64,000 nt of DNA from Lingula anatina (taxonomy: Eukaryota > Animalia > Brachiopoda): assembly GCA_051362555.1 (NCBI GenBank), contig CM120646.1:5952001-6016000 (forward strand), given 5' to 3'. This document shows, piece by piece, positions 41,701 through 55,300 of this stretch. The translations under genes were made by a program, and so were the position numbers. Numbering within the stretch: the stretch's first letter is position 1; every line of letters begins with the position of its first letter. The notes beneath the pieces were generated by a model. The model did not search any database and was not told where the DNA came from. It saw only the letters and a list, made by a program, of their open reading frames with translations.

Positions 41701-43237
41701 TCCACGTGTGGCTTTTAGCGGGTCGTTTCCTGTATATGTCATAGGTGACAAGGCCTCCGGCACCCGTGAAGAATACCACTAGCCCTAACAAAGAACAAAA
41801 AGGAAAATTAAAAAGTATATTTATTCATATAGTTATAAAAGTAAAAATTAAATATCAAATTTTAAAGATCAGAATTTGTTTAGGTTATATGGACGATGAT
41901 CAGTATATTAGATCATACGGATTCCTGCTTGCCAAAAATCTATCAGGCGTGTCTTATCAGCCATCAGGCTTAGGTAATTACACCTATATGGACTGAATGT
42001 TATTTTTTCTTTACGCTATTACCTGAATATCTATTGTATTTCTGTCCGACTTGAAAACAAGATAACAAAAACTCAGAAATAGGAACATGTTTGTAATTAA
42101 GTTGCCTTAAGCATAAATATATATTCTCCAGGTAGGAAGGTTACAGTGTACATAACGCTCTGACCTGGGACTGTCTTGAACCAGACTGCCTCTGGTGTAT
42201 GTTTGGTGGGAGGAAGCAAAAGAGACAAATGACAATAATAAAACCAAAGTAACAATATTTTCACTGTTTAAGAGTCATCAATAGGTCTCCCCTTTCTGTC
42301 AAATTTAAAAGAATGTGTATTTATCATCTATGTTTATTACTCTGAAGAGACTTTTTCATTGATTTAGATTTGATTTGAAGGTAAATTGTACAACACAGAC
42401 TGAAGATAAATTGCATAACACTACAATGTTAAAGAAATATGAAATTCAAATATGACTTTGAAAATTACAGTAAGCCGACGACCATTGGGCATGAAATAAA
42501 CATTGTTTTGGGATAACCGATAGTTTCCCTACATCTTTTTAAATCATTACAGTACGTGATATGCACCGTTTGCAGGACACATACATGTACACCACTACCA
42601 TTTAAACTTAAGCTCAAAACCAAGGTACATGTGCTCTGCAAACGATACGCCCTCTTTTCATAGCGACAGTACAGTAGAGTGTTGGTTTGATATGGACCCT
42701 GTTCACTGAATAAGGTCAGACGCTTGATAATGGAAGTTTAGGGTGCAGTAACCGGGACATCGGTTGACCCTGCATACGGGTTTGTATTTCCCCATCTAAC
42801 CTTCTCCTTTAACTGGTTTGTGCGAGTTAAAAAAAAAAAAAAAAAAAAAACACCCCAATCTGAAACATTTATACTCCCTATAAGAGGCCAGGTGAATGCA
42901 TGAAGAGATGTTATTTCTAAGTCAATTAATGGATAAATAATTCTCTGTACAGCGTAAATAATTAAAGCGTAAAATAAAATATTTAGTTGGCCAAACGAAA
43001 ATCTGTACATACTTGGTAAAAATCAACCTGTGGTCTTGGAATTTGGAAGAGGGTAACGCAAAGCAATGAAGATACCTGTTATATATTAGTACTTATACTT
43101 ATAGCTGGCCTACCCATGAAAACAGCCTGCCAGGCACTCGTGTCCGTCCAGTTTAGGTACAAGTTGATGACTTGGTACAAAGTTACCGCTGTAAAAACCT
43201 GGCTCACCACCAAGAACTGGGTGCCTATAGAGAGCAT
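38719..43237 (-). CDS. GHDC: GH3-domain protein (GHDC-like), copy 3, about 639 aa
   Basis: Exons 43237-43114, 41784-40580, 40057-39933, 39577-39435, 39316-39219 and 38943-38719. All introns GT-AG. Confidence 0.9.
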
Positions 43238-43424
43238 TCTGGTAGTTTGGAACGCCTGTCTAGATGATAAACCGCCTCAGTTCTTCGCCGAAAGATAAGA
43301 ATATTCAAGTCAACTTGATTCTCTGTTCGATGTCTTGCCTGCAACACAGGTGGAGCATAATAAGTACATGCACATGCAGACGAAGTTTGCTGAATGACGT
43401 TGCTTTATTTGTAAATCAGTCTTA

Positions 43425-43639
43425 GACTGCATTCCCACAGATTTAAGATCGATCTATCCCCGTGGGGAGTGTCACTAGATTACTGTCAGCTTAGCCTGCC
43501 TAAATGTCTGTTCCGCCTACTTAAAGCTGTAAGGGGCTAGTTTACTTCCGTGCGTGCTCGGCTGACAGCAATTTAGCGTGAACCCCCAGGGAGCTGGGTC
43601 GATCCAGATGGATCGATCTAAATCTGTGGGAATGCAGTC
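43425..43639. mobile_element. PIF/Harbinger-like MITE inserted upstream of GH3 copy 3 exon 1
   Basis: Terminal repeats GACTGCATTCCCACAGATTTA / TAAATCTGTGGGAATGCAGTC with a TTA duplication. The empty site CAGTCTTAAGCTGG is seen in copy 1 at about 27634. Related fragments at about 5600-5725 and 63742-63915. Confidence 0.88.
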
Positions 43640-43704
43640 TTAAGCTGGTGGGTGTATTTGTACCCGTGTGTACGTATCTAGGTCATGCTGATAGAACGCC
43701 ACTT

Positions 43705-44600
43705 GCGGCTAGCGAGTAGAACAATTCGACATACAAGCACGTCATGTACGAGTGCGTTCTACAGTCTGTTGCACTCCCTAGCTAATAAGAGGCCAGTATC
43801 TGTATAATGGGTCCTAGCGGCCCCACGGATCAGACAACAATGAAAACAAGTCGATTCTCAAACTTTTAATATCATGAAAAAGCATTTACCCAAAAACTGA
43901 AAATTCGCGTTCTCAAGTTACTCACAATACAGGATGTGAAAACGAGAGTTTTCCAAAGTAAATTTCCTGTCTTCTTTGACAATGACAATTTTTCTAATTA
44001 GTGAAAGCACAGGGGCGGATCCAGGATTATTTGAAGGGGGGTCCGGAACGACAAGCCTCGGATGCGAAGCCGACCGTCGCCCGCTTGGCGTGGGGCTCAG
44101 GACCTGATCAAGGGCCCCGAAAATTTTTTGGTGTTTTGGAGGGCAAACGGTGCCTTTTGGTACGGTTTAGAACTATGATTCAGATAGTCAAAATTTCAAT
44201 TTCAAGAGGGGAACATTGGAGAAATATATATCAGAAACCGAAGGGGGGGGGGGCAGGACCCCCTGAAGAAGAAGAAGATGTATTTTTTGTTTGGGGCGGG
44301 GGGGGGGGCTTCTCAGTATCTAAACTGCTGCTGCTGGTGAAGGTGGTGGTGGTGCTACTGCTGCACGAAGCGGCTGGAGCTGACTTTGGTCGAGGGGGCT
44401 GTAAAGGCGTGTTCAGCCTTGTCCTCCATCCTCCAACACAGGACTAAGTGACCACAAGGGCCACCTGACATGTATGAGTAAAATATCGCAAGGGCAGTGT
44501 AGTAGCCAATAAGAGGCAGTGGTTTAAGCCAGATACAACACTCAGTTGCGGCTCGACAATGCACTCGTAATATTTCATGTACAGCTCGGCGACTCGTATT
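43705..44600. mobile_element. About 0.9-kb composite insertion unique to the upstream region of GH3 copy 3, including a GGCGGATCCAGG-type MITE end
   Basis: Homology with the other units breaks after GATAGAACGCCAC (about 43702) and resumes near TAAACGTAGTGA (about 44613). AGGGGCGGATCCAGGATT at about 44031. Confidence 0.5.
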
Positions 44601-45845
44601 GTATCTATCACATAAACGTAGTGAAGTCAGGTGTAAACTACAGGATCAGAGCGGGATTAACCTCCAAAGTAGGTCAAAGGTTAAATTCAAGGTCATATTA
44701 GGATTCCGAACACATACAAATTTTAGGCTTTATACTCATGAGCAAAAAATAGCCAACATGGGGAAAATTACGAGGGATCAAGGGCTTCCTAATCAAGTTC
44801 AGCAGTGACTATAAGAGTAAATCTGCGAGTTTTGGAGATATATGGACTAGAAAATTGGCAAACTGCATTTAAGGATGAAAGTACTTGCATGTCAAACTGA
44901 AAGGTCAAACCTCAAGGTTACATTAAGGAGTGCAATATATGATTTCCTGTTTATTTATGTCCAGTAGTAACTATGGGTTTATCTCTGCTAGTTCTGAAGA
45001 AGTCACGACTGAAACATGTCCAAAGTCCAGTTCAAGAGTGAAAGTAGGTCGAAAGCCAAGTTGAAGATCACATTTGGATTGCCAATATATGACTTCCTTT
45101 TCGTGTTTAATAGTAATATGGGTGTATCTCAACAATTTCTGGAGTATTTCAGATTTTAATTAAAATTTTTCTTTTCACCATTTGAAATAACGCAACTCCT
45201 AAACCGTACGAAAAACCGTATGAAAAAAAAAAAAAAAACAAAAAACGACACAACTGTCAGAGATGCTCTTGACAGGGTCTACATAATGCAACAAAAAAGA
45301 GGCGTCTAACTTTTGCGGTTTCATATACCACCTCTATATGGATTTACATTCAAAACCAAGGAACTTGTCATACGATTGTAGAACAGTGCTGGTATGATAA
45401 GAACGCGATGGTCACCCTGTTCGTTTACGGCGTTAGACGTGTGATTAAGCAACTCTAGGTTACATGCACAGGAACATCGATTGGCCTTGCATATGGTTTT
45501 TGTCTTTTTCCGTATCACCTCCTATATCTGTTTGTGTGAGAACTGCACCCCAATCGGACACACATAACGTAAACTACTTTACATTAGAGGCCAGGTAAAT
45601 GTATTACACTAAAAGTTTGCAAGAACATTTTATTGCTGCTAATTTGCAGCCAGATTGCAGCAAATTTTCAAGAAGGAATTCAGTTTGCAGCAACATTGCA
45701 GCAAATTTCAGCAGACCTGATATTTTGTTAGGGGTATCTGTAAGTATATCCAGTACAAATCAACCTGTTGGCTCGGCAGAGGGAAGCGTAAAGCATGTGC
45801 CCATCTTATACTATTACATGTACAGGGTTCAAGTAGTTGGCCTAC

Positions 45846-45995
45846 CCCTGAATGCAGTTTGCCAGGCACTCGTGTCCTTCTAGTTTTGGTACAAGTTAAT
45901 GGTTTGGTACATGTATAATGTCGCCGCTGTAAAAAAAAAAAAAAAAAAAAAAAAACTTCTCTAATCACTAAGAACTGGGTGACTATAGAGAGCAT
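45846..45995 (-). pseudogene. Dead duplicate of GH3 coding exon 1
   Basis: Starts MLSIVTQFLVI, then carries a poly(T) expansion (45931-45955), a CATGTA insertion and TGG>TAG. Confidence 0.85.
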
Positions 45996-46784
45996 TCTGG
46001 TTTGGAACGCTTGTCAAGTTGTTAATCCTCAGTTCGTCCCTGAAAGATAAAAAGGTATAGTATCTAGAAATATTAAACAACAGTTAGCGACGGAGGACTC
46101 AGCCGTGTATTTGACATACTAGTGCAGCACGTCTTTAGTCTGTAAGGTGCCCCTAGCTATCTTTTCAAACCATTGCCATTTCCAATTTCTGTTTAATGAT
46201 TTTGATAACAAGAGTCAGATTATAAATTAAATAAATATTCAAGGTGGTTAATCGCACTGTATGTGCCAAATTTTCGTACATATTAGTCGCCAGTAGTAAG
46301 CAATCTTTTCGTCTTTTCTGAACAATTATACCTTCTTACCAATAGGAATCTATATCTCCGGTAATAAGGCTTATTTGATCTTGTTTTTGTCGGTTTTGGC
46401 TTGATTTCTGAGTTGTACTCCTGACTTGTCTGATTTCCTGTTAAAATAACTGTCTAGGTCCAAGAAAGCGGGCGTCAATTTGACTGCTCCCATTTGCTGG
46501 CCGACTCACAAAATGGACGGGAAAAAGGTTCCAGTCTAATTCTTCAAATCATGGGATATTGGCAAGGAATTTTTAGTTAACGGACCCAAAAGTAATTGTT
46601 CTGTGGCATTTGGTGTTCATAACACTCACTATAAAATGGAATAGCATGTTCATTTATCGATGTATTTTTGGACGGACCTCATGGACTACTTGTAGAAATG
46701 CGTCCCACGCCTAGCTGCACCCAAGGGAGGAGATAGTACTCCTTGAATTTTTTACCTCCCCACATTCACAATTAAGAGATTCCG

Positions 46785-46787
<3 letters not shown>

Positions 46788-46822
<35 letters not shown>
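46788..46822. repeat. (GT)n microsatellite
   Basis: Visible run; the homologous position at about 29941 has a shorter one. Confidence 0.95.
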
Positions 46823-46823
<1 letters not shown>

Positions 46824-47740
46824 CTTCAATCAATATACTAAGATATAAAATAAATAACCTCAACTTCAACCTCATGCAACTATAAAATCGAATCGTTTAT
46901 TTATTATTACACACCATCCAAAGATGCATGGAGGTGGTTTTTGCTTTCAGGCTATAATGATATACGTCTGCAAAAGAGGCTATAAAAGACGTATGGCACC
47001 GTTTGCTCAATATTCATTCATCAAAAGAAGCTTGGACAGGAGCGGATCTACATATAGATCAAGAAAGAAGCATGAGCTGGTTTTGTAAATTTTCGGCGGT
47101 AAGGGAAATTCCATTCTCCCAAATTAAAGGAAAAGCAGAGAGCAGTGCTTGGCCGCATTTTAACATTAAAATGCTATAGGGATTATCTCAACGGGGTACA
47201 TGTACCAGTACACCAAGTCATTGCTGTACGTTCTACCACCATTCATTCAAGATGAGGTATGTAATGCGACGTACGTTTTATTAAAAGAGTGGTAAAATTA
47301 TTAACTCCTTTTTGTCATTCTGACATAACAGTTGCGGAGGATACAGTATATTAATTCCTCACATAAATGCAGATATAAAAGTAGTATTTAAGGTTATTTG
47401 TATACTGTTTCAAAATGTAATCATCTATTCATTAAAATTTTTCATTCAAAATTAGTATGTTCAATTATTGTGTTCAGTGTGATATTATTGTATAAAATTA
47501 ATTAATAATTAATTAATATAGGTGGTGATTATGCTGGTAATAATGATAATATCTCAAATGACAGCCCAACTACAGCAACAACCGCAACAACAACAACAAG
47601 TATCTATCTATCTATCTATCTGCAAATAACATGGGATAAGCTGCAATAACATGGAATAAGCACTTGATAAATCAATAAACCAGTTGGCAGTGTTATTGGT
47701 CAAAACCAAGAAAACTAAACTAAAGGCTGTATCCCACCCA

Positions 47741-50700
47741 TCACGACAAGCGAGAGTTCCATAGAACGCGCAGACGATCAGTTGCCCTCAGCACGCGCGG
47801 TGTCTTGTACTGTAATCGACTTGTAAGAGGGTTGCTTTCCACTACGGCGTTCTTCAAGGCATTAAACGCCCCGGTCTTCACTTGGATAACTTTCATGGGG
47901 AGAATACTTCCATTATCTCTCAACATCCTGTAAACTTCGTGTTCTTCGTACAAAACGTCTTCAAACTAAAACATATTAAGATTAAACTATAGTGGAATCG
48001 ACTGTATTGACTCTAAATGCAGTGACTTTTAACATTGCCAGCACAGTAAGGCCTACCCTTGTACGAATGGTTTTTCACTTTAAAGACATTTTTCAGAAAC
48101 TGCTTTGAAAGAAAGAAGGCATATTTTTCATTTTATCCTAATATCAAACATCACGCATCTCAAAACTTGTAATAGTTCCCACTAGCATTTATACGTGTAT
48201 AAAGTGCACAAAAAGAAGAAATAATACAAAAGCGCTTGCCATCTGTTTCTGCTGTGAAGTCATTCTCGCTTGTTCCTTGTCTGAGTTTTCTGACAACTCC
48301 ATAAACAATACGTAGTGCCGTCCATTTTGTAGAGGCTCTGAAAAATTGTATAATGTTACTATGCACAACGAAAAGTAACACAAAACTTTATCTTCAATCT
48401 ACATCCATAATGAAAGTAAACCAAAAGATGCAAGATCTGCCATGGATAAACTTACCAGCGATAGCTTCAAAGTTGACGTTCTCCGTCGCAGTATATTCAA
48501 CTACGTCAACATCATTGCGCTTGGCTGCTCCTCTGAGTGCGTGAACAAAGGCCCCCTCGGTCATCTTTTCCCAGAAAAGATTCAACATTTGTCCCAGCCT
48601 GAAATAAAACATAATAGCCACATGAAAACGGATTTAACTAAAATGTTTCCAAACATAATTGTCATTGGTTGATAATTCCCTTCCGACGATCAAAGTTTGA
48701 CGATTGGGTGTTGTTAAGTAGTTTTTGTAATAAAATCTGAAGGGGACTCCAGTCAGTTTAGTTTAGTCATATAATAAAAGTGACCGTGCTATGTCTTACG
48801 AATATGAAAGTATTTTAATACTTTAATAAAACTTCAAGAATTAGGTGAATTAAAAAGGTTCAACACAACTGATAGTGGCCACATCAGTTTATAAAAACAC
48901 AACAATTATTTGGAATTGTACAGGTTAAAAATTACGTTCTATAGTTTCATGGAATACTAATTGCTTTTTTGTGGATGTAAGCTGATCAGTTGGAATTACC
49001 TATATTGGAACTCGTATACTGGAACCTGGTTGTAAAAGCCCACTATCTTCACCACGTCACCTTGTCTGTAACGCACGGCAACCGCGGTTGTTATAACCAG
49101 TTCATAACACTGTCCAATTTGTACCTGATTGAGGGTTAAAAACTTATTACACAATACATATAAATAAAACAATTAAAACGAATAAAGAACCAAGCATGCA
49201 TTATAAAGAATGTGTCAATTATATAAACATTCCAGTTTTTGGCAAGATTTGGGAAACATTCATGTAGCTTTTGGGACATCAGAGCAAACATCTGTGAGTG
49301 AACCCCCCTCCCCCCTTTTTTTTTGGGGGGGGGGGGGGGCTACCTTAAGAGACAATTCATGGGAGTTCCCTGCCAAAAAGAATTGTCAGAGGCAACCCCC
49401 ACCACGCGTTTGAAAATTCCCCACAGTCAAATGCATGTATGTCTTGTAAGACCTTCTAAATGTAAACACCAGACAATAACATCTTATAATAAAAGTGTAT
49501 CTGAAATCTGTCTGGTGTCCTCATTATCTCTCCAAGTGCAAAGATTGGTCAAACAATTATTTGTGAATAACAGCAAATTGCTCTTTACCCCAGTAAAATT
49601 CAGTTTGGCGGGAAAATCCCATGGAATTGCCCTTAAACCTTAGTTTCCTTAGTGCGCAACTGCCTCATTAGAGCTACAGTTAATTGTGCTTACCTCCTCA
49701 ATGGGCACCACACGGGGAGATGGTTTATCTGTTTCCTCCAGGGGGATAAAGTCGAAGTGATTTAAGGAAGTCGTCATAATGAACCGCGTTTGGCTGTTGT
49801 CGTCAGGGTCACAAAACCCGAAAACCCCCTCAGTAGCAGCATGGACGGGATTACAAAACGGAACATCTTTCAGATAATGCTTCTTCAATCCCTCGGCCTC
49901 AGGAAGAAGAGAGCCTGAACTCAACATAAGAGCTGCGTTACATTCTGGCCATAAACGGCGCACAATTCCGTCAAAGCCCTGCCTTATGATCCGACGAACT
50001 TCAACAGCTCTTTGGGGATCCGCCCTCATATCGGTCTGCAACTTTTCCCTGATGTCTTCGGGTATGTCCAAATCGGTGTTCAGGGTACCATGTTCCATAT
50101 CGTCACATAGCTGCGGCCACTGGTGTTCCAAAGTTTGACAAAACCGGGTAGCAACAGACGGGAAAGAAAAGTTGAAAGTCCCAATACCAGGATCTTTTAG
50201 TGCGAAGAGTACATGTAAATAATGGGCCTCGTTTTCGGTAGTGACGTCATACACCACACGTGGTGAAACCAAATAACTTGGAAAGAATGTATACATTCCG
50301 GCTATTGGTCCAGTTCTTATGCCACTGTCAGTAAAATTGGTCTTGACTCCTATTCTGACCTCGTGATAGCGTTTCAGGTCATCCCATAATCCAGCTCTCT
50401 TAAATCTTAAAGTCCTAAAGAGAAGAGCTTTAAACAACTTTGAAGGTTTGGCAAACATCTCCTTTGCATATACGAACGCTTTGTTTTTACCGGTGGTCCC
50501 TGAAGTAAAAGCGATGTAAAACGGGTCAAATGGACTGATTTGGTTTTTTTCGCCCGCTACAGTTTTGTCAATGTAAGGTTTAAGGTCGGCGTAAGACAAA
50601 ACTGGGTGCAGTTTCAAAAAATCTTCCCTCGTCCGCATCTGGGAATAATTGTGTTTCTTGCCAAACTCCGTATTTTCCAGCGTGCGAATGTAAAACATTA

Positions 50701-52337
50701 ATGCATCTTCTTGCATTTTGCTGATGTTTTTGCTTGCTGTCTCAAAATTCCTGAGAGAAAAGTACACAATAACTCGGAACATTTGTGTAAGAGTGTACTG
50801 TAGTAACACCGTCCTCCACGTGTGGCTTTTAGCGGGTCGTTTCCTGTATATGTCATAGGTGACAAGGCCTCCGGCACCCGTGAAGAATACCACTAGCCCT
50901 AACAAAGAATAAAAAGGCAAAATAAAAAAGTAGATTAATTCTAATAGTGATAATTGTGAAATTTAAAAATCAAATTTAAAAGATTAGAATTTGGTTTTAT
51001 GGACGGTGATCAGTATATTAGATCATACCTGCTTGCCAAATCTATCAGGTGTGTCTTATAAGCCATCATGCCTGGGAAATTATACGCGTATATGGGCTAA
51101 ATAATATTTTCTCTATAGCCGAATATGTATTGTATTTCTCTCCGAAGGAATACGCTTGTATTTAAGTTGCCTTAAGCATGAATATACATATATTAGATAT
51201 TACGGATTCTTGCTTGTCAAATCTATCAGGCGTGTCTTGTCAGCTGTCATGCCTAGGTAATTATACCTATATGGGCTATTACCTGAATATCTATTGTATT
51301 TCTGTCCAACTCGAAAACAAGATATCAAAATCTCAGTACTAGGAATAAGTTTGTAATTTAGTTGCCTTAAGCATGAATATATATTCTCCGGGTAGGAAGG
51401 TATAATTACAGTGTACATAACGCTCAGACCTGGGGCTGTCTTAATCCAGACTGTCTCTGGTGTCTGTGTTTGGCGGGAGGAAGCAAAAGAGACAAATGGC
51501 AATAACAAAACCAAACTACTAGTATTTTCACTATTTAAGAGTCATTAATAGGTCTACCCTTTCTGTGAAATTTAAAAGGGTGTATATTTGTCATCTACGT
51601 TTATTACTTTGAAGAAACTTTTTCCTTGATTCAGATTTGAATCTAAGAGTGGAGATTAACTGTACAACACAGACTGAAGATAAATTGCATAACACTACCG
51701 TTTTATAGAAATATGAAATTCAAATATGCCTTTGAAGATTATATTCAGCCGACAACCATTGGGCATGGAATAAACATTGTTTTAGGATTACCGCAAACAG
51801 TTTCCTTAACATCTAGAGTTCTTTTTTAATTATTACAGTGCGTGATATGCAACATTTACGGGACACATGCATGTATACCACCACCATGCAAACTTAGTTC
51901 AAAACCAAGGTATATGTGTTCTGCAAAAGATACGTATAGCGTCATGAATGTGCAGTACAGTGTTGGTTTGATATGGACCCTGTTCACTAGGTAAGGTCAG
52001 ACGCTTGATAAAGCAACGATGGAGTTCAGTAACAGGGACATCGATTGACCCTGCATACGAATTTTATTAAAATAAAATAAAATATTTAGTTGGCCAAACG
52101 AATATCTGTAAATACTCGGTAAAAATCAACCTGTGGTCTTGGAATTTGGAAGAGGGTAATATAAAGCAATGTGGATACGTGTTATATAAGTACATGTATT
52201 ATAACTGGCCTACCCCTGAAAGCAGCCTGCCAACCACTCGTGTCCCTCCAGTTTTGGTACATGTTGATGACTTGGTACAAAGTTACCGCTGTAAAAACCT
52301 GGCTCACCACCAGAAACTTGGTGCCTATAGTGAGCAT
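47741..52337 (-). CDS. GHDC: GH3-domain protein (GHDC-like), copy 4, about 639 aa
   Basis: Exons 52337-52214, 50898-49694, 49124-49000, 48598-48456, 48337-48240 and 47965-47741. Intron 5 is GC-AG. Confidence 0.88.
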
Positions 52338-55300
52338 TCTGGTTTGGAACGCCTTACTAGTTGATAAACAGCCTCAGTTCTTCGCCGAAAGAAAATAGTT
52401 TTAAGAATATTCAAGTCACTTGAGTCCCTGTTCGATGTCTTGCCTGCAGCACAGCAAAATAAGTACATTCACGTGTAGACGAAGTTTGCTGAATGGCTTA
52501 ATTGGTGCATCAGTCTTAATCTGGGGGGTGTATTTGTACCCGTGTGTACGTGCATATCCAGGTCATGCTGATAGAACGCCACGTGCAGGAAAGTGCCGCA
52601 GCTACATGTCTTATCCACCATCATACAGATAACATAAGAACCGTGTCATATTTTGCTTTAAAACTTGTAGGGCGGATTCAAAGGACTAATACACGGTTCA
52701 GTTTTGATGTAGGTGTACCTTTTTTGTATATGAGTGGTTTTTCCTCAGATTCGATTCTTAGACATGTTATTCTTTCGAAATTTTCTGCATCTTAACAATA
52801 TTGTTAGTTGATTATATAAAAATGATGGTAAACATGTTGTCATGCTATGTGTAATAAAGTGTCAAACATGAAAATAAACTCATATCATTTCAGTGTGTCA
52901 TTCACTATGTTCAAAACTCAGAGGAGAAGCTCAGGAGCAAATTGGACATGTAAAATTGTTCTGTTGAATTTTCCCAATCTCTCTCTAGATGTGTTTTGGT
53001 TGTTGTATAAAAATGACAGTAAATTTGTCATTTTGTTTTATGTTAAAAAATATTGAAAATGGAAATAAACTCATTTCAGTACAGCTATCTCTTGTTTATA
53101 CTTTGGCGTTTTCGAGGTGTGGTGTTACTTTGAAGTTCCATGGGTCTGAAGACCTTTGCTTTTGTGTGAAAATTAATTTTTTACATATTGGCATTTTCAA
53201 GGTGTAGCTTTGAACCTCCATGGGCGTGAAGACCTTTGCTAGTCACATTTTCTGAATATTCAAATAGTGTTTTATAATGAATAATTGATGGTCATTATGC
53301 TGTTAGACATTTTGTAATATTGCATCGAAATCGTAGAAAATCCTATTTTGGACAGTGTTTCCAAATTGTCGATTGAGGGAAAACCAGTAATAAAACTAAT
53401 AATAATTCTCACACTTAAAAAGAAAAGAAACATCGGACTGTAATACAGCCTGAGTTGAAAAAAACAGACGTTTTTATATTGAAGCAAAGTTTTTGTGAAA
53501 TTTTCATTTTGACTTTTTGACTTAGAACTCCCGCGTGCATGAAGCCGAGTGGTAATCACATTTTCTTAATGTCCATGTTTTTTATAGTAGATAATTAAAA
53601 ATTGGTGGTAATTATGTAGCAAATGTAATATATTGATTCTTAGGGCTGACATACAGCAACTAAAAAAAAAAGCAGCTCTGTTGGATTATCATTTTTTATT
53701 GAATTTATGCAATTGTGGGTGAAAGTTTCATTTTTCTCATTGTGGCATTTTCAAAGTGTGAACTTGTAATCTCATTGGCCTGAACCCTTATGTTGGTACA
53801 AATTTTACTTACATCGGTTTTACCTGTTGTGATTAAATAAAATAAGATGTTGACTTTGCAGTTAAGCATAATGTATTATTGCATCAGAATTGACAGCAGC
53901 CTATTTTGTGTATTATTATTTTCTGCCTTTTTTGTACATTTGACAACTTTACTGCCTTGTGTCTTTTTAGTATGAATTTAAAAAAATACATTTTGAATAT
54001 CTAAATGAAAATATCCAATCTAGCTGAAAAACTGTTGTTAAAACATGTTTTATATGATTTTACTGGATGATGTTATTTTAGATATACATCGTTGATTCCT
54101 TTTCATAACCGTTATGGACCAGATATCAAGAACTATTTTTATAAGGATGAAATAGATCTCAACCCCATTACAAACATGCATCAATCTGGAGACAAAATTA
54201 CGCTTTCCTCTACAAGAGTCATGTGGAAAGTTGTAACTGAATAAAGTGAATTAATATGAAGACGTTGTTGTTTCTACCTCGCAACTAAAGCAAAAGACAA
54301 TATCATGCATTGTCACACAAACATGCATTAGTCCGGATAACACAACAACGCTTTCCACTGCGGGTCCCTCGTTCCTTTGTACAATGACAGGCAGATATAG
54401 GCGTGAAGAAATTCTCGACAACCTACTCATTTTTATATCCTTAATTTCACAAATGTGACAGATTGGGTGTGCAACCATGTGAACAGTCCAAAAACTGGTG
54501 CGGGGCGCTTGTGAATTTTTAATTGAACTGACTGTGGGAGAGCACACAGAATTTTACCAAATGTGCGTCTAGTATATTAAGGGGTTAAACGGAAATGTAC
54601 TAGAGAAAAACGGTCGTTTCCCGGACCCCCTTACAATAATCCTAGATCCACCCCAGCCCTACTTCTAATGGACAAGAAGTGTACAACAGTGTGTACAACC
54701 TTACTTCTCCTATAATACATATTTGGCAGATAACAAGAGTGTTTCCTTGTGCTTTTTAAAAAATCCGCGATGGCCGCCTTTTCCATATACATGTATACCG
54801 TAGTTCAATGCACTGAATATACAATTATATTGGCAATAAAAAAAAATAATAATAAAAAATAAAATAAAATAAAATAAAAAGAAGCCTTTACTGTCAATTC
54901 TTATCCATTTTAGTGGTTTTGATATGCCTAGTCAATAAGGACATATACAGCAGTAACATTGCACTGCAGCAATCTTTCAAATTCCTTGACATTTTAATTA
55001 AAATGTCTGTATAAATATCCCAGACGGTTAGATTAGGATTAGTCTGTCTATACAGCATCGCTTTACAATTTTGTAACAAAGGCACTCTTTCTTTATGGTT
55101 CAGTAAATCAACCTCCACATAACAATTGTGCTGCAAAACACTGCCTACCTGTAGGCAAGGTCTGCATTTGTATAGGCCTGCTTACAGACAAGCCGAATAT
55201 ATATAAAAGATAAAAATATTAAATTCACAGTTGCTTGGTCCCTTTGTCCTCATAGTGTATACCCCCATTCATTTTCACACATTTCTCCAGGCTATATGAA

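Noticed and set aside
43116-43298. Recurrent small ORFs such as MKTACQALVSVQF...PPQFFAER (also 36215, 52146, 52171, 60288), suggesting a small-peptide family
   Set aside because: They are antisense shadows of GH3 exon 1. The opposite strand has a conserved ATG, a conserved donor and a phase match to exon 2.
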